The position numbers and the translations under genes are program-made. The notes beneath the pieces were generated by a model, which was not told the origin of the DNA, ran no database searches, and saw nothing but the letters and a program-made list of their open reading frames with translations. 64,000 nucleotides of DNA from Spizellomyces punctatus DAOM BR117 (Eukaryota): the NCBI GenBank assembly GCA_000182565.2, contig KQ257458.1; one strand, 5' to 3'. Numbering within the stretch: the stretch's first letter is position 1; every line of letters starts with the position of its first letter. Positions 37,863 to 49,641 of the stretch are shown one piece after another.

Positions 37863-38798
37863 TACTAAGATATGAAATGGTCGTCAGTGTGGGAGTTTTC
37901 GTTCACCTCAAAAGACAAGTTACATACCGCCCCCTGTATTCCATTCTTTCACACTAAAGGTTGTTGGAGCGCCTTTTGACAAAATATCAAAGCCCAAAGA
38001 GCTGACACCCAGCAAGTCTCCTCCTGATTGCTGAGGTGCCAGTCCTTCGTCATTCTTTCGCTTGGGCATGCGTTCTTCACGAGGAAATGTCTTACACCGT
38101 CGACGTTGTCGTGTGCAGACCGCCCGCTTGGTTCCCCACTACCGCCCATATTTGACATAAGTTACTATGAAGAGGACAAGGGAAGGACACTATTGAGCCA
38201 GCAGTTATTTTGTGTTGCGCCCTTTCACATCTGATGCCTGTTCAAGAGACTTTCAAGATGTTGAGAACGCGACGTGCTGGTTGACACGCTGTGTGGATCA
38301 AATCAAGACAAAGGGCGTTCGGACAACCTCCAATGAATATGAAGACCCCCAATCCATCAAAGGGCAGGAATCGATGGGGATATCTCTTTGCTGGAAAGCA
38401 ACTTTATTTCCATCATTCTCCTTTGTCTAAAATGCAGCACAAGAATTTGTGACTGGCCTACAATTTCGTCTTTGAGATATCCTGTTAACAACATTCCCAA
38501 TAACTACAAAATGCAAGTTACAGTCGAGCAAAGGAGAGCAGGCCTTATTATACATGGTGGATTCTTCAATGCTCGCAGTCAGGACACGAAGGGTCTCTTG
38601 GTGTAGTTGGTTATCACATCAGTCTAACACACTGAAGGTCGCCAGTTCGAACCTGGCAGAGACCATCGCTTCGATGCTCGTTGATTTTTTGGCCTGACTG
38701 CTCCCAGACGCATCGTAAAATAACTTAAAAAAACAACAGACAACTATGGTCAAAACGACATTCTATCTACAAGATACAGCTATCCACGTCTCCGCAAA

Positions 38799-41700
38799 TC
38801 ATCGAAGACAACCAAGATTCACTTTCTCTCCTTTTAAAATTTGTTCATATATGACCTAGGGCAAGCTGGATCACCATGGAGCCCGTTACCGCTCAAGGAA
38901 ATATGTCAAGCTCACCTTTGACATCTCTTCTATTGACACTGAGCCTCCAATATCCCGGAAAGCAAGGACTTGCTGTACGATATCCGTTATTAACGTTCGA
39001 TCGAGTGGGACTGCAGCTAATGGACCTACGTTTAACAGCCATCAGTCACCATGTATCTCACGACAACCTTAAAAACAAAAAAAAAATACCTCTAGTACTA
39101 GTAGTACCCGCAGGGTGTAAGAATCGATGTGCAAGTAGCTCAGGTATTGTCATTCTCTTCCTGGGATCCCTTTGCAAACAACTCTGTATAGCTTCTAGGA
39201 GACTAGAGTCTTCTATCGGTCCGTATTCGATAGTGTAGGATGGGTCCACAATGCATTGTAACTTTTTCATCACGGGAAGGTGCGCAAACGGCGGACGCCC
39301 ATAAACTAGTTGGTAAAGAATGCAGCCTAAAGACCATACATCGCTCGAGCGGCCGAGCTGGGTGGGTGAACATTCTTAAGCAAATCTATATGGTGGCCGC
39401 TGCTAGATCGGTTTTTCATACCTTTAGGTATTGCCGCTTTGAGCCGCTCATTTCAACAAAGGCAATAGCCTCGGGTGCCATATAGTTGATCGTTCCTGTT
39501 AACATCAACCAAGTCAGAAGTCAATTGAAATACATCAAGCAAAAATATGAAACAGCATAAGCACCTGTCTGAAATACAGAATAATTAGCGACGTTCCAAA
39601 GCATATATATCATCAGAACTCCGAGCTTACTTGGTGATCTCGCTGAATATTGGTGGTATCATTGGGAATTGACTTTGCGATGCCAAAATCGATCAATTTC
39701 AAGGCGCCCCCGACAAGGAGAAAATTCTGCAACATTAATGTGAGTCCTGGCCTCTACCCTGATGAGCCACCAGATAGCCATACCGCTGGTTTGAGGTCAC
39801 TGTGTATGATATTCTCCTCGTGAATTGCGTGTACCGCCCGCAACATCTACAAACGCCACGGACGAGGTTATTCAATGCTGCTTTAGATCACCGAATCTAA
39901 AAGGACCACAAACCTGTTCCCAATACATTCGAATGAAATTAAGACTCAATGGTACCCCTTGTTCCTTTTGCAGCACATGGGCCAAATCAATCTCCCCGTA
40001 CTCTAAGACCTATGGCAATGTAATTACTCATTTGCCAGCACGTTGCTGACTAACATCACCATACGCACCATTAACAGGTACCCCTGCTCTTCATTGATCT
40101 CCGCATTGACCAAACGGATGATCCTTTCATTGCCATCCAATCGTTTCAATAGCGCTATCTCGTTTAGATAGCCTTCAATGGCACTATCTTCTTGTCCCTT
40201 TAGTTTAACTTTCTTCATGGCAAACAATTTGCCATCTTCAGACATGATTTTGTACACCTTGCTACTACCCCCGCGTCCAATGAGCCCCAACTTTTTGTAC
40301 AGCACCCCATTGACCTACGAAGCCTTATTAGCACAGCACTTGGTCTTTTTTAGGAGGCATGATCACTTACCATGATACTTGTCTTATCTTTTGCTGCCTG
40401 CTGACTCTGCGCGGGTACGCGCCAATCCATCATTGCACTGCTGTTGGTAGGGACGATAGTAGGTGTGATCTGAAGTATTTGATCATACGTGGGTGGGATG
40501 GGTGTTGAAAGATGCACAGCATTCAAGGCGGGAATTGCGTCTATTCGATTAGATGGCGCGTGCCATCCTGATGAGGCGAATGCAGAGCTCGAATTTGCAC
40601 TCGGTTGATCGGAAATTGTAACGGTGCGGCGCAAAGGCGGGCGCTGAGTGAGGGATGGCGTGGATACGCTCCAACCTCGCCTACCAAGGGCGTCGTCTAA
40701 TTGTGTGTGACGCGAAACGTTAACGGGAGGAGCTTGCAGTGGCATTGGGGTTAATGTGACGTGTGATGCTGAATGTGTTGATATTGAAGGTGCTGCTGGC
40801 ATTCGTTCGTGGTCAGTAGCAGTACTCTGAAGATTCGATAATGGCTTCAGCATCTCTGTCCTCGCTATCGGATTGGTTCGTGGTACAATACCTGCAGCGG
40901 CCGTACAATCGTACGAGAATGGGCACTGGTTACATCGGCATTTGACCTATGAACCTCGATCGGCTTCTGTAAAACAACAAAACAATAAAACATGGAGCCG
41001 AAAACTTGGATTGTCCCCACCAATCCTTACGCCTTGTTGCTCTTGGAGTGACAGCGCCGTACTAGGTAAATGAGAGCCCATGGGTTGCGAAGGCGGCGAG
41101 GTGTCTTTAGAGGTCTGCAGAGAACTAGAGATAACATCTTCCCCTTGTGAATCCATCGACATGTCTAATACGAGCCTTTACGATCAGAAAAAAAGCTGTG
41201 TTGCAAAAATGTGGAAGGGATGTCGCACCGTCTTCAACGTCAGATGCGCCCTCCAGAGCTGCACTATTGGGATTGTCGTCCACTCCTTGCGGTACCGATA
41301 CGCGAGCTGGCGGGCCTGGCAAAGATAGAGTTTGCACAAATGCTCGGGATGAAATATGACGCTACGTTGAAAGCTCCTGACTTACCTAGTTTCCCGATTC
41401 TGCTTCTGGTTAGCCCTTTTCGGTTCTGCTGTCGGCTACTGTCATAAATTGATAAGCACTTAGACTTGTCCGGGTCACTCAATGTTGCGCGTTCTCACCC
41501 TTGTCCAGGCGGTGACGTGCTAGAAGAAGCTGATTCTGACAGAGATTGTTGACTTGCAAAACTAGCGTCCTCTGAGAAAGAGCTGTTGGCGGTTGCCGGA
41601 ACAGGTAGCGAATTGCTGCTGACGGGCGCTTCCATTATATGTTCCTTCAAAGTATGCTATCTGTGAGTAAGGTAGACAATTTCAGCAGGTCTAGTCTGTC

Positions 41701-42524
41701 TCACCAAGGGCACTTTCTTGCTGTTCGCGGCAGGAGCTTTGTTGATTCTATCCGTTCCTGTTCCACTGGTACCCACCATGCCACCCACGAACTGTGCTGG
41801 GCCTCTTTCGGACGTAACATTTTCACTCACGATCTTACTGAGGAGTGACCGTAAATCGTCCACCGGATAGGCGTTTTGGCTGATGCCGGTGAGAAGGACA
41901 TTTTTCGCACGGTCTATGTAACCTTTCATCAACGCAACCATGGTCAATATCACGTTTCAAATACGAGACTTTGGCATTCGACCTCATTCGACCGTTTCAT
42001 ACCAGCGACTCGCTCAAAATTGGCCCAAGCCAAGTATAACTTTGCATTTCCGGCGCCAATTCTTGAGGATTTCAAAAACTTGTATTGATCTCTTATTGCA
42101 CCATGGTCTTCTCCGGACGCTCTACAAATGACCAGCATAAGCATCCGCTTTTTGGTGTCCTCTACAAATGAGTGCTGACGGCCGTACCGTAGCAACTGCA
42201 AATTATCCAGCCATAGTTCTAGGAGAAATGGATCGTTCCGATATTTGTCCGTCGGTATACTGACCAGACCACCAATCCTAGTAAGTATCTTATTCCACTT
42301 GTTTTGTGCAGAATCCTACCCAACCTGCTTGTTGCCTCCTTGTATAACCTCAGCATATTTCTCGCATTTGCACCCCTGTCCTTCTCTATCCGGAGATGCT
42401 CCCACCACGACGAAGGTGTGAGATCGCGGAGCGAGGACACTTTGCTCCCGGGTATTGATGTTGGCTCGGGCGGCTGCTTGAGCGGTTCCTGCGATGGCGC
42501 GGCCACGGCAGGATTGGCCAACAT
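38799..42524 (-). CDS. MPS1: Mps1/TTK spindle-checkpoint kinase with N-terminal TPR-like region
   Basis: [80 protein letters not shown]. The 3' end is approximate. Confidence 0.92.
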
Positions 42525-42956
42525 TTTAGAATGCAATAGCAGCAAGGACAGATAGACTGGAGGGAGGGTCGTATGTTGTGGGTCTCTGTCGCGGCATTCC
42601 CAAAGATTCGTGCTGATTTCACTGCCTAGATCGTTGCTTGCCTCCCAACGCCCGACTGGACGCGTCCGCAAGCCTCACTTTGAATCTTGCTTGAACAGGT
42701 TCAAGTCCTATTTACCCCAACTTTCAAAGCCTTTGGGGCTTCAATTCTATAACGACTCTCCTCGGAGTAGGGAGTATTCGAGGAAAGATATTGAAATGAC
42801 TGCATCCTCTAATCAGTATCTTAAACGCATAGGCTGAGTGAATATTGGCCATGAATGTATCATCTTTTCAATAGATCAGGAGGGCTCTCTTTGGATCCAC
42901 AGCACTTTCTCCAGCCAGCATTTCTCTTTGTCCCTTCTCTAAAGATAATTAAATAA

Positions 42957-43811
42957 TCATGATTCCTTTTCTATTCTTTCAGCTTTTTCCATGCGTCGGG
43001 TGACTTGTTTCACAGCCCTCTCCCACTCCCGTATCAGAGAGTCGTCTGCGGCTTGACGCTCGACAATCATCTCCACCACCTCTCTAGGCATAATTTCTTT
43101 GTCTCCCCACGTCTCTAAACATTTGTCCAGCGCTGAATCTTGTACATAGACGATTCGGTCCTCGGTCTGCAATCTCTTCAATGTTCGAATACCCTGGAGG
43201 GCTCGCCAGTTTGAGTAGAGACGAAACAGATTCCATGCAAGCGGAACATTGGGTCCGGGAAAGACGACAAACATCATTGAGAATGGCAGACAAACAATCG
43301 AGAGTGTTAGGCCACGGTGATGGAGGGGGGTGCGGCGATTGATGAGGTCATTAAAGTTTCCTACTACTTGTGGCTGTAAAAGGGATTTAGGGTAGTGAAC
43401 AGGCACCTACATGACAGGTAACCACCATTAAACTTTCTTGTAGCGATCCCAATCAAAGCAAAGCCGAACACCACTAACCGTAACGCCTTGAAGCTGGTCC
43501 CAATCAATCTCGTCAACTCCCGGGACTCCTTTCAGAAACCATTCATCAGCATCAATAAAATCCTTCACTTTCTCTCCCCATATCCAGACTCTCTTGGAAA
43601 CGCTCTCTGCTGGTTTTCGGCTCATATTGTCCCATTTCTTTGATGCCCATGACGTCCAACGTTCACTGAGGCGAGGGAGAAGTTTTCGCTCTTTGCCATC
43701 GAGGTTGGGTTGTGTTACGGAAGGATGGAAGGCGGATGTGGCAGGGATAGAAATGTGCTTGAGAAGAGGTTGCGGGTGGGATTTCACAATCGGCAGAACT
43801 GAGATGCGCAT
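42957..43811 (-). CDS. Mitochondrial K+/H+ exchange-related protein (Mit_KHE1/YDL183C family), 2 exons
   Basis: MRISVLPI start, WASKKW...IDADEWFLK, PGPNVPLAWNLFRLYSNWRALQG. Confidence 0.72.
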
Positions 43812-44230
43812 GTCGAAGGTTCTACCTTGTACGGACGGATTACATCAATGCAAATATACTTTGCACAGCCACCTAGCGAACCAACACGTTTCTCTCGACG
43901 AGTTTGAAATTCATTTGTTGCTACTCTGTAAAACTACTGAACGATTATCTACTCCATAACATCATTGATTGATTACTATCTGGAGACAAGGGATAGGAGT
44001 ATGGTTCCTTTGTCGCCACTCTTCTTAGATATACATGATCTATGCTACATACATCTGGAGATCCACCAGAAAACGTACGACATGCGCGTAAGGGCACATA
44101 GTGAGAGAGGCAAGTTCCATACTTTGCTTGCTGCTTCGTAGCAATATGACTGCCAGTATCTTCAACGAGTACTTTCCTTCCGGTCGATTTAGAGATCTGC
44201 ACACCAAGTATATACGGAGCTTAATAGTCA

Positions 44231-44943
44231 CTACTGATCCTTCTTGCTTGCCTTCGACTTCGCAGTAGGCTTCCGTTTGAGCTGTTCCCGCTTAACTTTG
44301 ACAACCATGTCCCCAGCTTGTCGGACTAGCATTATCTGTCCCGAAAGCATTCGCTTAGGAAAATTCCAGGACATTGTGACTTCGGCTCAGCACATACCAC
44401 ACAAAAAATCAACTCGATCATCAAAGGGCCGGCCCACATGATGCTCATAAACACCCCTTGTGCATCAAAATAGTTTGTTCGCGAGAAAGTTGCCCAATGC
44501 TGTGACGCCAGATAGTTGAGGGGCTGTGCAGCTAATGCTAACACGCCTATATAGCAAATACAGGTAAGGTAATCGTTCACGCACAACAGTACCACCAAGA
44601 AATACCTATAGCGACAAAGTTGCTGGCTGTTAACGTCTGGTTGTTCCGTGTTAGGACGACCCACAGTGCCAGGAGTACATGAAACGATATGAGAACGGCG
44701 ATGAAAGGTTCTGTCCAGTCGATTGCACTTATAAAAGTAGCCGAGTCCGCCACAAATTCCGATACAGCTCTGGATACCGTCTCCGGGTCTGCGGGATTAA
44801 AGAAATAACGTTCATGTCCGCGAGTTCCCGTGTGAGTAGCTGTGGCCAGGCCAAGAATCAGTCAGCACACAAGGGCTGTACGGGATGAAGCCGCTAGGTA
44901 GGAAGGTGCATATTAACGCAACTGGACCTTTCACTTTGTCCAT
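44231..44943 (-). CDS. TMEM18: Transmembrane protein 18 homologue, multi-exon
   Basis: AIDWTEPF, LNYLASQHWATFSRTNYFDAQGVFMSIMWAGPL, basic C-terminus VKVKREQLKRK. Confidence 0.85.
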
Positions 44944-45131
44944 TCGCCCGCCTGGGGTTATTGTTCAATGCTTGTATAGATCGTGATCTACTCTGAGCTG
45001 GAGCGAGAAAGTTGGTTCGGTGACAGATGCCCAAAGTGCTGTGCCGCCTGAATTTCATAGTGACCTAAAACCGGTTATATTACGTTTTTGGACTGGTCTG
45101 CAGACTCTTTCCACAAGAGATCTCTCTAATC

Positions 45132-47176
45132 ATGGCCGGTCAAGTTGAGACGAAAGAACAAGCAGGAACAACGAGTTCAGCGCAAGCACTTGCAGTAACA
45201 TCTGGAGGACCGTCAGCCGATTCTCAAACGAATACCAGTTTTACCAAGGTGACAGGCGCTGGACACAAGAAGCTACCCTCGAAACCTGCCGAAGCGACAG
45301 GTAATAAAGGAAAACCAGTGCACGGGTCTTCAAGTCCCAACGGCAAGACGGGTGGACAAAAATGGGGTCGTGGCGGCCGAGGTGGGCGAGGGGGTCGAGG
45401 CCGAGCTACGTCAACCGCCCGAGGTGGATCTCGGCAAGTTGAAGCCAACCTCCGCCCTGAGGTATCTCAGAATCAAGGACAAGCTGCAATTTCTGGTGCT
45501 CGCCCACATACTGCGTCCACCGCTCCAGCTCAGCGACCGCGTGGAAGAGATCCGGTTCCGCAGCGCAAAGGCTCCATATCATCTACGCATTCGCACGGAT
45601 CGGGTTCGGAGTCAGAGTCCGACAAAGACTCCACCCGTTCCTCATCTCCAGCACCACCGGCGGTACCGCTGACATTTTGGACACCGATGATCTTTCTTTG
45701 TCCAATGCCCGACTGTCCTCCAAGCACGGAGCCGACTACGAATCCCACGGTCGCTCTCGATCATCTTAGGACCGCACATGGCGTAGATGTGAAGAACGCC
45801 CATCACGTTTTACCGTACCTGGACAGATACATTGAACACTGGGCGAAGTGTATTCGTGAGCAGGGAATAGAGAAAGTTGGTTACAAATCCGACCACAAAA
45901 CACCAGATGGAAAGCCTATGTACATTTTGGGCCATGATTCGGACCTAGAAGACAAGGTATTCCGGGAGAAGCTTCAAAGAGACAATTTGAATCAAATGCT
46001 CAAGATTCAAGAAAGGGAGAGAAACGAGGAGTCCCATATACCACGCAAATGTCTCTTTTGCAAGGTTGTCTGTGACAGCAGAACACTATTATTCCGACAC
46101 ATGTTCAGCGAGCACGGTTTCAACATTGGCTTACCTGACAATTTGGTTGAAGTGAGTGCGTTTTTGGAGACCTTGCAAACGAAGTTGGCAGGGCTGCAGT
46201 GTCTATACTGCGAGAAGATATTTAAGACCAGCGCTGTACTGCGTAAGCACATGCGGAAGAAAAAACATTTCAAAATCAACCCGCGTAACAGAGGATACGA
46301 CCGTTTCTATATCATAAATTATCTGGAGCCTGGGAAGAACTGGGAGGCATACGAGAATGAGAGATATGAGAGTGATGAGGAGCGGAAAGAAGAGTAGGTA
46401 TGGTTTTGCATTAAGGGCCGGAACTAGAAACTCATCCCTATGTCTGTGTAGAGAATGGGAAGATTGGAACGAGCCTGATACCACAGAAGATGCAACGATG
46501 TGTCTTTTTGATGAGTGCGTCTTCCCATCGGCATTTGACGCGTATGAGCATATGAAGAATGATCACAAGTTTGATTTGAGAGAAGTTCGTCATGAATTGG
46601 GTAAGTTCCCTTGGTGGAAATTAAATCTACAATACCGGACTAACATGTCGCACCGTCATTTCCTTGCAAGGACTGGACTTTTACGGGTCAATTAAGCTCA
46701 TTAACTACATCAGAAAGCAAACTTCCCTTTGTCGATGTTACGCTTGTGGCGCCGAATTTGAAGACTTGACCGAGATGACGGCGCATATGAAAGCCACCCA
46801 GCATTTTTCGCAATTGCCTGACAAAGAGGCAGAATTTTGGACCGATCCTCAGTGAGTAACAACCAGTTTCGGTCGGTGCCGGCTTATTGCCAACCATAAT
46901 TTATACAGGTACCTGTTCCCCTGTTACGAAAATGATCCTCTCCTCATGTTCGACGTCACGGAGGACAATGAAGACGAAAGTGATCCAGACGTCGCTGCCG
47001 GAGAGGAAGAGCTTCGTAAGATCGCTATCGCCGAGCGGGTAAAGGCAGAGGAGGCTAGCAAGCTAGCGGATGTATTGGATGGTAATATCTCACCGGGGGA
47101 GTCAGATGTGATTTTGTTGGGGGTGGATGAAGTGAAAGCAACACAAGGCGTGGACGAAGAGGTTGGTGCGGAATAA
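45132..47176 (+). CDS. ZNF277: ZNF277-like C2H2 zinc-finger protein
   Basis: HMFSEHGFNIGLPDNLV, CLYCEKIFK...HMRKKKH, YDRFYIINYLEPGK, LDFYGSIKLINYIR, YLFPCYENDPLL, plus an N-terminal RGG tract. Confidence 0.88.
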
Positions 47177-48185
47177 AGGTAGACGGAGGTGATAGCAACA
47201 ATGTGACTCCTGCTGGAGTGCCGCATCTACCTCATATTGTCGGGGTCGGGCGGCTCAGCGCTTTTCAGGACTTTAGCTACAAGATATATCTACAAACAGT
47301 ACTGCAGCATGTATTTCATTTATCATAGACTCATAGAATTTCATTTTTAGTGTGCAGGTGGTAGAAAATGTCACTAGGGACAAATTCTCCCTCCAACCCA
47401 CTACAGCCGGTCTAATTTACAATTAGCCAGCCTGTCCAACCCTTCATAACCTACCCTGCAAACGAGTCCCACCCCTATCCTAACTCGCTACAGGTTCCAG
47501 CCTGGGTTGAACTGGGGTACGTGCAAAGCAGCACGATTCCACTAACTACCACTAGGCCCAATTACACATGCGATACATTACGGTTGTTCTAACCGGGTAA
47601 CTAAGCCCACCACACGAGAGAAATCCTACTAAGCCCTTGATTCCGAAATTCTGAGTCGGAGGATGTTTTCAGATACTAAGGTAAACTAGAATAATTAGAC
47701 TGAGAAAACGCGCATGGGAAAAATCAGCAAGATATACCTGCGATCGTAGCAGTATAGTAGTAGCAGCATTTGCAAGGGGTTATGTTGTTTTTGTCGGGAG
47801 GGCGAGGTCCTCGACACCAGAGCGGCATTCTCATGATTGATGAGAGTTGGGCAGATGCTTGTGAGTCGAGGATGGGTAAAGAGGAAAGAGGGAAGAGACA
47901 GCAAAGGCCCCCCTTTTATAGACCTTCCACATGCACCTCACTGCAGTTTAAAAAAAAAAAAAACATTACATGCATGCCACACCAATCTGAGCGATAGAGG
48001 GGGTGCTGATTATGCGATATGACTAACCGGATTAATCCGGATAATAATGAGTTCTAGTGGCACCTCCACACTAAGTTGGGTGGAGCCACGATATTGCTCT
48101 GCAATCAAACCGGATGCAGTCATACGAATCAGTTAACCGATCGTTGGCTTTCCAAGCTGTTCTTCCAATCGCAACCACACCGGCC

Positions 48186-49112
48186 ATGGCAAAGAAAGAA
48201 CGCATAGCGCAAAAGGCAGCAGCAGACGTGGAAAAAAAGACCAAACAGTCTGCTCAGAAGGAAGCGGAAGAGGCAGCGAAATGGAGTGACGGAGCCAAAG
48301 ACAGCAAAAAGAAGCAATTGGAAGAAGAAAAGCGGGTACGCAAGGATCACAATATGTATCTATTAGAAATAGATACAGTACCATATCTCTATTGATCGTC
48401 CTTCCATTTTAGCAAGAGGCTCTTGCCAGGAAGAAGGAGCGGTAAAGATTATCTTGACATTATGTAGAATTGGCGCCGTTTTTTCACGACAAGCCTTATC
48501 TCTCAAACTCACTATAGGGAAGCCATGCTTGCCGCGGAAGAAAAGGAGCTGGCATCGATAAAGGCGCCTGTCAAGGGATCTGCAAAGAAGGCTGCTCAGC
48601 GATCAGAACGTGTTGAGCAATATGCTGCAGATGCTCGAGCGGATATTCCAGAATATGCTGCTAGTGGCATAGATGCCGCTCTTGATCTGATGGATGTCGC
48701 AGCGACGGGAGCCAAGGGAAAGTCCTCGGATAAAATAGAAAGGCATCCAGAAAAAAGGATGAAGAGTGCTTGGGCCGCATTCGAGGTATGATACATATCT
48801 GTTGAATGAATGCCACCAGGTTTCTCAAGTAGCATAACTAGGAGAGGGAGATGCCTATCCTAAAGGCAGAGCAACCGGGTCTGCGACTATCGCAGTACAA
48901 ACAAGTTCTTCAGAAAAAATGGAAAAAATCGCCCGAAAATCCAATGGTTGGTTCCCTCATTTATGTTGCCGTTCCGTGTCGTGCATCGACTCACGACAAT
49001 ATGGTTCCTACAGAATCAACAAACTATATCATATGATGCCGCCCGGCAGGAAGAACGCGAAATAATTGCACAGACGGCCGAAAAGACTTTAGAATCAATG
49101 CGCGTTAAATGA
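48186..49112 (+). CDS. CCDC124: CCDC124/Lso2 ribosome-associated (hibernation) factor, multi-exon
   Basis: YAASGIDAALD, ERHPEKRMKSAWAAFE, MPILKAEQPGLRLSQYKQVLQKKWKKSPENPM. The start could instead be 48114. Confidence 0.9.
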
Positions 49113-49641
49113 ACGTGAATTGATGCATCATATTCAAATCCCAGCATTGACATCACTATCTTTGACTAGTCGTAAATAACCCAGCTTTTGGAGCTAGTAA
49201 AAATAACATATGTAGATATTAAGGGTCACCGTATCGCTGAGGCATCCGCGAATACGCAACATTGTACAACGGATCTACGTTGGCGAGGAACGCATCGATT
49301 TGATGAATTTCAACGACTATGAACCCCTAAAGTCCTTAGTTCTCTCATGTAGTTAGAGCTTGTGAGAAAAATAGCGGTGCAGCATCAAGAATTGTGCTAA
49401 TTGGATGTTGAAGAGGTTCATCCAACCACAGGTTAAACACTAAACTTTTGATTGAGTAGCTTACGTAATGCATCTGGCCAGTTTCTCCGTCTCTTTCGTC
49501 TTTCTGTTTACGGGCTTTTGCCTGGCGGGTCAGGAATTAGATGTAAGCAAACACTACCGCGGCTACACAATTTAAATTCCCGCCATTATAGGGCCCTCCC
49601 CGCCTGCTTTTCAAGAGGATTTCCCGCGACATAGCAAGAAT

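Noticed and set aside
37863-37945. Extra coding exon upstream of PRM1
   Set aside because: A GT-AG intron-like segment exists, but the nearby upstream ATG splices out of frame. It is more likely a 5' UTR intron or uORF and remains unresolved.
35019-42524. Possible mating-type locus around PRM1
   Set aside because: No HMG, homeodomain, pheromone or recognisable pheromone-receptor gene is adjacent.
14751-49112. Apparent cluster of ribosome-related genes (REI1, HBS1, ZNF277, CCDC124) and of mitotic/DNA-damage genes
   Set aside because: They are spread over 35 kb and interleaved with unrelated genes, which is plausible by chance in a gene-dense genome. Conserved synteny would be needed to support it.
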